In this document: positions 12,412-22,108 of the stretch, one piece after another | How positions within the stretch are numbered: the stretch's first letter is position 1 | Layout: each line of letters begins with the position of its first letter | Assembly (NCBI GenBank): GCA_038087875.1 | Contig: CM075978.1 | Span: forward strand, 108,066,001 to 108,130,000 | Reading direction: 5' to 3' | Length of the DNA stretch: 64,000 nucleotides | Origin: Malacoraja senta | Taxonomy: Eukaryota | Notes under the pieces: generated by a model | What the model was told of the DNA's origin: nothing | Databases searched by the model: none | Seen by the model: the letters and a program-made list of their open reading frames with translations, nothing else | Translations under genes and position numbers: made by a program

Positions 12412-14730
12412 TAATGCAGGAACAAGTAAAAAATCATCAAGGTGCAGGCCTGCTACGGACAAGGAGAGAGAGAGCTGCGGGAGAGCAGTCTCTGAAAGGC
12501 AGCCTGTCACCTCTGGGGAGTCGCAAGCCGGTAGCGGTGCGGTGACAGACTTGGCAAAGTGCCCAGCCGGGTACACAGCCAACGCCAGTCGGGTGGTAGG
12601 CATAAGCCAAGTCTATCAGGGCCATTGACTCTGCAGAGTCGGGCCAGGAGAGTCCCGTCGGCGACAGGATACCGTGCCCCAGCGGTTATCCAAAAGGAGC
12701 AGCGCATACAGGGGCTGCTCCACAAAGCCACACTCCAGGAGGAGTTGTGCAGGCGGAAGGCCGTGGGGATGGCTCCGCCGGCAGTGCCTAGGAGAGGCCT
12801 GCTTCACAAAGCCACACTCCAGGAGGAGTTGTGTAGGCGGGAGGCCGTAGGGAAGGCTCCGCCGGCAGTGCCTAGGAGAGGCCTGCTTCACAAAGCCACA
12901 CTCGAGGAGGAGTTGTGTGGGCGGGAGGCCGTCGGGAAGGCTCCGCCGGCAGTGCCTAGTAGAGGCCTGCTTGAAAGCACCCTCTTTGCAAGAGGTGAGT
13001 GCAGAAGGGCAGATACGCTCTGACCCCGAGTCCGACGACGACTTCCAAAGTGAGGGCATGCAGCGGCCAGAGCTGACACCGTGTGCAGCACAGTTTGCAA
13101 TGTCGTCGGACGCTGGTGAGTCTCTGGGTGAGGAACTTGCCACCAGCATAAATTACAAAGTCTCACATCAGCTACAGGAGCTGACAATGGATGAGACAGT
13201 AAGGAAGCATGAAGCCCTAATCAACTGTGGCCTGTTAAAAGTTCCTGTTGGGAACAGGAAGATTTGGGGCAAGATGGGCATACAAATGAGAGCCCAGGAG
13301 GAGGTGAAGCTCCAGCATATTTTTAGAGTTGCTGGCATCTGGCATAACGAGCTTTGCCAGGATGGTGGATGGAGAGGCCATGACGAAATTACAACAAAAG
13401 GTGTGGCGCTATTCTGGAGTGCCCACTTTGAGATCAACTGCCTCCGCAAGACTGCGTTTAGACCAAACATCAACCCTAAATATGCTTCACTCTGCCAGCC
13501 TGGCACAGTGCAACCGGCACAGCTGTTTGGCGAGGATTTCGCAAAGCAGGTGAAGGAGCTGGAGGAAGTATCCCTATAAGCGAGGAGACTGGTCCGGGCA
13601 AGGGACGAGTCCAGCTACGATGCAGCGCAGTTGGCGTTCGGCTGTAGCAGCGCCAGGGAAGGTGAGATATCCAGCACGAGGCCGGGGAAGAATGCCAGGT
13701 GGTAAGGGCGTAAGTGGGTCTGGTTCTCATGTAGACAGATCTAATGGGATACAATTAAATGTTTACCTCAGATATGTTTATACTGAAGGTTATTGAAGTG
13801 TATCGAATAAAGCTTAATGCAAATTCTGATTTACCCATGCAACATGTTCCAAAAAAGGAGTTTGACTTCAGTATCACTGAACAATTGGAAGTTCAGGTGG
13901 AACTTGCAAGCTTATGTAATAAAGGTGTAATTGCTAACGCAGTTTACCAAAGCCATCAGTTTGTGTCCAATATCTTTCCCAGACCAAAAAAGGATGGGGG
14001 ATGCAGAATTATACTGGACCTGAATAGTCTTAAACCTTTTTGTACGGTATAGACATTTTAAGATGGAAACATTTGAGGAGATCTTAAAGATCCGGATTCA
14101 GTGTCTGTTCATTTGCAGGATAGAAGATTTAAAATTCAGCTGGATGGGGCAATTATGGCAATACAATGCACTGCTTAATCATTTGTCTTCAGCTCCTAGA
14201 GTAATTACAAAGTTGTTAAAACCTATTCTAGGCATGATGAGAAGTCAAGGGCAGGTGCTCATGGCTTAACTAGATAATATCTTGATTGTAGGACAATCAA
14301 AGGAAACAGCTGAAGCATCAGTGGCAGTTGGTAAAAAACACTTTTTTAAAAATTGGGCTTCATAAGCTATCCAGAGAAATTTAAATTAATACCTGTGACA
14401 CAAATTGACTAGTTGGGTTCACAATAGACTTAATCAACATGATTGTGACCTTGCCCAGGCAAAAAAGGGTAGAGCTAATTAAGAGCTGTATCAAGTTAAT
14501 TGCTGACACACAGCCTTCAATTAGCCAGGTGACGAGTCTGCTGCGGAAATTGCTGGCAGCATTTCCAGCAGTTCAATAGTGGCCACTTTATTATCTACAA
14601 TTACAAAGGTCAAAGGAACAAGCACTGAGGATACATTGGGGTCATTATAATAGACCTATGCTTCTATCAATAGAGGCTGTTGTTGATGTACAATGGTGGA
14701 TTCAGCATGTGTCCACTAGTAGTTCCAAAG
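12412..14730 (+). pseudogene. DIRS-1 gag and RT/RNase H remnants (frameshifts, stops)
   Basis: ORF pieces 12559-13023, 12917-13579, 13759-14052 and 14063-14269 align with DIRS-2 gag/pol; YLDD is degraded to *LDN. Confidence 0.8.
12712..12972 (+). repeat. 84-bp tandem repeat (3 copies + partial) in DIRS-1 gag
   Basis: Units start at 12712, 12796, 12880 and 12964; encode GLLHKATLQEELCRREAVGKAPPAVPRR in one frame. Confidence 0.9.
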
Positions 14731-15005
14731 TGTTCCAAAGTTGCCGATGGAGGGCTGTTTGCCAACTCAATATTGAGTGCTGTTGCTATTGTTTAAAGTC
14801 TGTTTTCAATACTGTTTAATTCTGTTTCGTTTGTTGCCCCTACATTAAGAGGGTTTATTGGTTGTTTTATGACCCAAAATAAAACTTTGGTTTTGTATGA
14901 TATGCAATGTCATGTTTACAGCATTATTGATGATACTCAGAGTCAATCGATGCAGTGAGAAGCCGGGATTTTGATCTGCGGCATAAAAATCACAGAGCTT
15001 TAAAA

Positions 15006-15117
15006 TCTTCACGTAGTCACTCACGTGACTCCGAAGTAAAATAGTAAGATTAAACGAGAACTTACCAGTTTGAAGTTTGATCTTTATTTTATGAGGAGTT
15101 ACGTTGGTGATTACGTG
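15006..15117. other. Internal complementary region (ICR) of DIRS-1
   Basis: Left part is the exact reverse complement of 12209-12245; right part is the exact reverse complement of ~15270-15350. Confidence 0.9.
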
Positions 15118-16544
15118 CCCGCCACGCCCAACCCTCTCTCATAGAAAAAAGGTCATAATGGTAGTTCTCATGTTGATCATCTTAATACGTTACTTCAATT
15201 ATGGTGTTGTCTGTGATTTCACACCGCTGCTTTGAAGATTGACGCGCATGTGCCCTGACGGGTCTTCTTCACGTAATCACCAACGTAACTCCTCATAAAA
15301 TAAAGATCAAACTTCAAACTGGTAAGTTCTCGTTTAATCTTACTATTTTAGTGTCATCTGTAAGTTTACCAGCAGTTTTATCCAAGTTGTTGATATAGAG
15401 TCCAGCCTACCATGAAGCCAACCAGTCTGTATATAGTTACCTAGCTCTCCCTGGAACCCTGTGATCTAACCTTCCAGAACAGCCTAGCATGTGGAACCTT
15501 TTCAAAGACCTTGCCGGTATATAGAGACTATATCTACGGCACAGCCTTCATCAACGTTCTTGGTCACATTAAAAAAAACTCATGGGACATGATTTCCCAC
15601 ACACAAATCACACTGACTATCCCTAATCAACTCTAGTCTTTCCAAATACATGTAAATCTAAGATGTCAGACATGCTAGTCTGTAGGCTTTTTTTTACAGT
15701 TCTTCTTAAGTAGAGGTATTACATTGGCCACCCTCCAGTTTGCTAGCACCTCATCCGTGGCTAACAATAATTCAGATATCTCAGCCAGGATTCCTGCAAT
15801 TTCTTCTTTTGTTTCCCAGTGTTCTTAGAAAAACCTGATAAGGCCCTGGAGATTTATCTACTGTCATTCATTTTAGGATATCTAGCATGTCTTTGACTGT
15901 CCTCAAGATATTGCTATTAACTTTCCAAAGTTTTCTAATCTTCATGTTTTTCTCCATGATAAAAGCAGAGGAAACATTTTCATTGAAGACCTCTCCCATT
16001 GTCTGCGGCTGCACTTTGGTTTCTGACGGGTTCTATTCTCTCTTAACTTTTCTTTTACCTTTAATATGCATAAAATCTCCTTGGATTTTCCTTAATGTTA
16101 CCTGCCAGGGCTACCTCATGCCCTCTTTTTGCTCTTGTGATTTTCTTCTTAAATATGCTCCTCAATCCCTCCAGGGATACTCTTCATCCCAACTGCCTAT
16201 TCCTGGCCCATACCTTCTTCTTTTTCCAGACCAGAATCTCAATTTCTTTCACCATCCAGGGTTCCTTATTACTGCCTGCCTTGCCCTTCACTCTTATAGA
16301 ACAAGCATACCTCGAGCTCTCAATATCACAGTTTCAAGATGCTTCCCACTTTCTGGATATCCCTTTGCCTGCAAACAACCTGCTCCAATCATATTTTGCA
16401 AGTTCCAATCTAATATTTCTAATCTAACATCATAGCTCTTTTAAAACTAATAGAACTATGGCCGCTGGTTCCAAAGTGTAACCCACTGGCACCTCAGTCA
16501 CTTGCCCTGTCCTATTTCCTAAGGGTAGGTAAAGCTCTCAAGTA

Positions 16545-17240
16545 TATCAGAGAGTACTCTCTTAAACTTCTACAGGTGCACCGCAGAGGGCATATTGACT
16601 GGTTACATCACGGCCTGGTTCTGCAATTTGAACGCCCAGGAACGAAGAAGACTGCAAAACGTGATGAACGCTGCCCTGTCCATCATGGAAGGGATTCACA
16701 GGAGTTGCTGCTTCAAGAGGGCAGCCAGCATCATCACTTCACTTCTGCCATCGGGAAGAAGATAAAGGAGCCGGAAAACGGTAATGTCCAGGTTCAGGAA
16801 CAGCTTCTTCAGTTTAGCCATCAGGCTATTAAAAACTACAACCTCCAAATAAGCTCTGAACTACATAGACTGAGGGGGATTGGTTTTGTCTTTTTGCACT
16901 ATTATTTTTTGTTTGTTTGTATGTATGTATGTAAGGTTGCANNNNNNNNNNNNNNNNNNNNNNNNNNNNNNNNNNNNNNNNNNNNNNNNNNNNNNNNNNN
17001 NNNNNNNNNNNNNNNNNNNNNNNNNNNNNNNNNNNNNNNNNNNNNNNNNNNNNNNNNNNNNNNNNNNNNNNNNNNNNNNNNNNNNNNNNNNNNNNNNNNN
17101 NNNTGCTGAACTTTTTTTCACTTATGATATTCTTTACAGAGTACTATGTTTACATATTCTGTTAGTCTGTTGCAAATAAGAATTTCATTTTTCTGTTTGG
17201 GACATGTGACAATAAAATATTCTTGACTCTTGACTCTTGA
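16545..17240 (+). mobile_element. Rex1/Babar-type LINE 3' end (spans N gap)
   Basis: NFYRCT.E.ILTG.ITAWF..QERRRLQ-like translation, FRNSFF motif, GTGACAATAAA then (TCTTGAC)n tail. Confidence 0.6.
16942..17103. other. Assembly gap (162 N)
   Basis: N run. Confidence 1.
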
Positions 17241-17371
17241 GCTTTTCCCTCACCTTCTAAGTATTGCTTGATCAAACACATTTGACAAATTCCACCCCAT
17301 CTATGGGCTCCATGGAATCCCTGCCTATATTCAGAAAGTTAAAATCCCCTATTAGAACAACCCTTTTATTA

Positions 17372-19096
17372 GTATAATACTAAGGACTCTAATAATAAAA
17401 TTTCATTATATGCTGATGATATACTTTATATATTAGAAATTCAGAAACGAGTATCCCGAATTTACTAAACATAATAGAGGAATTTGGCTCTTTTTCTGGA
17501 TATAGAATAAATTGGAATAAAAGGGAAATTATGTCATTACAGCCCCAGAAAGCGAATCATCTATTAAGATTTCCATTTAAAATTGCAACGGTAAAATTTA
17601 AATATTTAGGTATTCAAGTTACGAGAAGATATAAATCATTATTTAATGCTAATTTTAGTCCTTTATTAAATAAAGTGAACGCTCTGATTACATTTTGGAA
17701 ATCGCTCCCACTATCATTAATTGACAGAATAAATGCTATAAAAATGATAGTTCTACCACAAATAATATATTTATTTCAATCCATACCAATTTATATACCA
17801 AAATATTTCTTTAAAAAACTAGACTCTCATATTACTAATTTTATTTGGGACTATAAAGCACATAGAATTAAAAGAAATCATCTGTGTAAACCTAAAGATG
17901 TAGGGGGACTTGCACTGCCTAATTTTTTATATTATTATTGGGCAGTGCATATTAAGAATATCATTTATTGGTTGGACGGCCCTTCTCAACAGATGGAATG
18001 GATAAGAATGGAGAAAGAGGATTGTTTTCAGTACGATTTAGGAGCGATCCTCTTCTCCTCGATAAAATTGAATAATACATTATATAAGAAGAATTCAATT
18101 ATACATAATATAATTCGAATTTGGAAACAAATAAAATTAACTTTAAAATTAAGGAACTTATCATCATTAACACCAATAGTGAATAACCCGGTATTTAAAC
18201 CATCTTTTATGGATAAAACATATAGACAATGGGAAAGATTGGGAATTAAGAAGGTGGGTGACATGTATGAAATGGGAAATTTATTATCATTTCAACAATT
18301 AAAATCAAAATTTAATCTGAATAATAACCAATACTTTAAATATTTACAGATATGTGACTTTATAAAAAAATATATACCAAGACTACAGAGCATAATGATA
18401 GACCCACTGGAAGAAGCAATGAATATTAAGGCGGACTCACAAAAATTAATATCATATTTATATAATAGTATTCTTAATAGAGAATTGCCATCAACAGAGG
18501 CAATTAGAGAAGACTGGGAAAAAGAATGAATGACAAAAATTCCTAAAGAAACATGGGAGAGGTATTTGATATATATACATAAATGTTCGATTAACGCTAG
18601 ACATAATTTAATTCAATTTAAAATATTACATAGATTATATTATTCAAAAGTTAGGTTGAATAAATTTTATTCAAATATTTCTCCCATCTGTGATAAATGT
18701 CTTTCTCAAAATGCCAATATCACACATTCTTTCGTTTCTTGCACAAAACGTCATGGATTTTGGTGTGATATATTTGATATATTTACTAGTTTATTTAAGA
18801 TAAAAATGGAACCTAATATGGAAATGATTATCTTCGGAGTAATAGGAGATGGAAACAAATTAAATATATCCCAAATTTCATTTTTTAATTATGGTTTAAT
18901 AACAGCAAAAAAACTCATACTTAAATTTTGGAAAAATGCTACTATACCAACACTCAAAATGTGGATTGGTAATATGTTGGAAACTGCCCACTTGGAAGAA
19001 ATGAGACTCCTCCTAATAGATAAACAAGACCAATTCTTAACGAGTTGGACTCCATTTATTGACCTTGTGGATTCATGTGGTGCAATAGTATTGTAA
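17372..19096 (+). mobile_element. 5'-truncated L1-clade LINE copy A (ORF2 RT C-terminal half to CCHC); its 3'UTR resumes at ~26100-26320 beyond DIRS-2
   Basis: KISLYADD, FSGYRINWNK, FKYLGI, GGLALPN, CDKC..HSFVSC zinc knuckle; one frameshift and one internal stop; stop codon coincides with the DIRS-2 junction. Confidence 0.9.
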
Positions 19097-19603
19097 AATA
19101 GTAAGATTATACAAGAACTTACCAGTTTGAAGTTTGATCTGTATTTTATGAGGAGTTACGATGAGGGATTACGTGAAGAACCCGCTCAGTGCGCAGGCGC
19201 GGCATACTTCCAAGCAGCGGTGTGGAATCACAGATAGACACAGGTATTTGAAGTAAACATAGTAAAGAAAAGGAGACATCAATTTATTAGTTTGATCCAT
19301 ATAATGAGGGTGGGAGAGGAGGGCACGTAATCCCTCATCGTAACTCCTCATAAAATACAGATCAAACTTCAAACTGGTAAGTTCTCGTTTAATCTTACTA
19401 TTTTACTTCGGAGTCACGTGAGTGACTACGTGAAGACTTCAAAGCTCTGTGATTTCAAACCGTGTAACAGTTTTATTTCACTCACTGCCGAAGTTCTTGA
19501 GGGAGGAAGTGTTATCGTAATCAACCAATGAATCTGTTTTCCAAGATACAACAAAGGTATTTATTAACAATAACAAAAATTAAAGTGCTCCCCCGGGCTT
19601 AAA

Positions 19604-20587
19604 TTAAATATTTGCAGCTTGTAATATTTTCTCTGCAAATAAATCAGGTTTCATCAACGGCTTATTATAAAAAGTTCTGAATGTCGTTTCCCTCGACCAT
19701 CCTGCTGTATTCAGAATATGGTCAACCGGTACGTCCATTCTCTCGGCCGTTGATGTAGATGCTGCCCTAGTGGAATGAGATTTAAATGTATTAGTATCTA
19801 TTCCGGCAGCCTTCAGTACCTGTTTGAGCCATCTTGAAATGGTTTGGCTCGTTACCCGGCCATGAGGTTTCTTGTGGCTGACCCATAAGGCTTTTTCACT
19901 CCCTCTGATATTGTGGGTTGTGTCTATGTAATGTTGTAGATGGGTCACGACACACAACCGTGGCTCTGATGGGTAGGCCCGGAATACCACCAGTGGATTA
20001 GCTGTTCCTGGCCTGCTTTGCTTCACCAGACCCTGTATGATGAATGTGATCTGATCTGGGGTGGTCACTATGTTGTCCAGCCTTAACTTGTGTAGTGACT
20101 GGACCCTCTGAGCGGATACGAGTGTCATCAACATGAGCGTCTTTAGTGTAGTTTGCTCGAGGCTGAGGGATCTGGCTGGTGGCCATTCCCTGAGGTATGT
20201 CAGGACCACACTGATATCCCAAATATGGGTATACCTGGGTTTATGGGGCTTGATATTATAAATGCACTTCATCAGTTTTACCACCAGTGGATGGGATCCC
20301 ATTGCCTGTTGTCCTGCTGGTTTGAGATAAGCAGAAAGAGCACTTCGCGCTGTGTTGATGGCACTGTAACTGATCCCTTCATCATGGTGTAGATGGGCCA
20401 GGAATTCCAGTACATTGGTGGCTGTGGCTGTTGCATACGTTGTCCCTGTTTCCTGGCAGTACTTCTCCCATTTTCTTATGCTGATTAAGTACTGCCTCTT
20501 GGTGGATGTTCGAAGGGATGCCGACATGGTGGTGATGGTTCGTTTGGACAATCCCAGTTCCAGGTAAGGTCTATTCAAAACCTGCAA
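19604..20587 (-). CDS. DIRS tyrosine recombinase (YR), apparently intact
   Basis: 327-aa open frame with SAM-like N-terminus (ISYSAINTARSALS) and catalytic R (SAQRVQ), K (VKQSR), HSTR, AGW and TFY residues. Confidence 0.9.
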   Translation of the reverse strand: MQVLNRPYLELGLSKRTITTMSASLRTSTKRQYLISIRKWEKYCQETGTTYATATATNVLEFLAHLHHDEGISYSAINTARSALSAYLKPAGQQAMGSHPLVVKLMKCIYNIKPHKPRYTHIWDISVVLTYLREWPPARSLSLEQTTLKTLMLMTLVSAQRVQSLHKLRLDNIVTTPDQITFIIQGLVKQSRPGTANPLVVFRAYPSEPRLCVVTHLQHYIDTTHNIRGSEKALWVSHKKPHGRVTSQTISRWLKQVLKAAGIDTNTFKSHSTRAASTSTAERMDVPVDHILNTAGWSRETTFRTFYNKPLMKPDLFAEKILQAANI

Positions 20588-20599
20588 CCCAGGAGTTTA

Positions 20600-22108
20600 A
20601 TTTTTTCATGGCATGGGTGGCTTATGCCTGATACTGGGTGAGTTAATAATCCTGGATCACTGGGAAAGACCATTGGTGACTCAACCACCATGTCATGTAG
20701 AACCGGGAACCATGTCGGGCACCATCAAAATTCCAGAAGCAGAGTCCATCTGTATTTTGCGAAGTACCCGACTGATGAGGCAGAAGGGAGGGAAAGCATA
20801 GAAGAAGAAATTTCCCCAATCCAACGTGAAGGCATCTACCGCTGCTGCCTCTGGGTCTGGTTCCCAAGCGACATACATAGGTAACTGGTGATTTAGTCGT
20901 GATGCAAATAAATCGATATCTGGCGTTCCATACTGCTTAATAACTTTAGCAAATACTTTAGGGTTTAACATCCATTCGATGTTATCATTGAATTTGCGTG
21001 ACCTGGTGTCTGCCACTGTGTTTAGCTTACCTGGTAGATAAGTAGCTGATAGCCAAATATGTCTTTCGACACACCATTGCCAAATCACATTGACTAATTT
21101 GTCGCATGATAATGATTTTATGCCGCCCATATGGTTAATATAAGCCACCACCGTAGTATTATCAATCTGTAACCAAACATGCAAGTGCTGCATAGTAGAT
21201 ACATATGCTTTTAAACCATAAAAGGCTCCCAACATCTCTAGATAGTTAATGCCCAGTGTCAGTAGTAATGATGACTCTAGGTTAGTCCATCGACCACCTG
21301 TGCTGGATATGGAGTTAGTTGCTCCCCAGCCTTGAGCACTGGCATCTGTTTGAAGAACTAAAGTAGGGTTAGTGATGATGATAGAGCTGAAACTATGCCA
21401 AACATTTTCTGCCCACCACTGTAGCTCTGATATTGCTTCAGTGGGTAATTTCATGACACGATCATAGTGACCTGTATGTCGTTTTAGTGCCTGTACCTTT
21501 GCCCTTTGTAAATTTTGATAGTGCAAAGGTCCGAATTTTGTAGCCGGAAATGCTGCTACCATTTTCCCAATTACTCTTGCTACTTGTCGAATAGTTGGTC
21601 ATTTGTTGACCATTAAATTGTTGCATGATTGTGCTAATGCAACCATTTTTTCCTTTGGCAAGGTAATAGTCATATGGACTGAGTTAATTGTGAAGCCCAG
21701 GTAGTCCATGATAGTGGATGGCTTCAACTTAGATTTATCTGGATGTATGACGAACCCCAGAGTTTCGAGGAGCTGTTTTGTAGCTGATACTGCTGCCACA
21801 GCCAATTCCATCGTTTTCCCTACTATCAGAATATCATCCAGTTATGCCATGACAATATGTTTTTATTTTCTTAGTATTGCCATGGCTATTTTCAATATTT
21901 TGGTGAATAATCTTGGGGCTGAAGTTAGCCCATTGGGCAATGCTTTCTACTGTCACAGCTGCCCCAACCAGATAAATTTTAGGTATCTGCAATGATCCTT
22001 GTGTATGGGGACTGAATAGTAAGCATCTTTAAGATCAATGCTTGCCATGAAGTATCCTTTGGAAATCAGTTGTTTGGCAGTAACAAATGTTTCCATTTTG
22101 AAATGTAT
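20600..22108 (-). pseudogene. DIRS-2 pol: RT C-terminal part, RNase H, N6-adenine methyltransferase-like domain (disrupted)
   Basis: SIDLKDAYY, ALPNGLTSAPRLFTK, A*LDD, DYLGF; RNase H TDAS..GWG, INYLEM, DNTT, ADTRSR; MT DIDLFAS and YAFPPF; stops, frameshifts and a short deletion after ILMVPD. Confidence 0.9.

Larger units (their letters stand above)
12209..15350 (+). mobile_element. DIRS1-type tyrosine-recombinase retrotransposon DIRS-1 (internally deleted, non-autonomous)
   Basis: Left terminus ATTTTACTTCGGAGTCACGTGAGTGACTACGTGAAG; ITRs ~12236-12271 / ~15240-15275; ICR 15006-15117 complementary to both termini; gag-like remnants (..FEINCLRKTAFRPNINPKYASLC..LFG) and RT remnants (FVSNIFPRPKKDGGCRIILDL, SSAPRVITKLLKP); MT and YR regions absent. 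Confidence 0.9.
11240..16530 (-). mobile_element. Long decayed CR1 LINE, interrupted by a SINE (11885-12180) and DIRS-1 (12209-15350)
   Basis: FNSDKYEVL..., LQLYKMLVRPH.. at 11560-11850. Joining across DIRS-1 restores a K(F)ADDTK-like RT motif (KLTDDTKMDGIVDSED). Further CR1-like sequence at 15350-16530. Confidence 0.65.

Noticed and set aside
12712-12972. Regular repeats here and at 54719-54895 as possible CRISPR-like arrays
   Set aside because: Head-to-tail tandem units with no unique spacers, no cas genes, and a vertebrate context.
19604-21562. Integrase plus Dam methylase as a prophage or bacterial contaminant
   Set aside because: Both lie within DIRS ITR/ICR boundaries next to gag, RT and RNase H, the standard DIRS1 layout.
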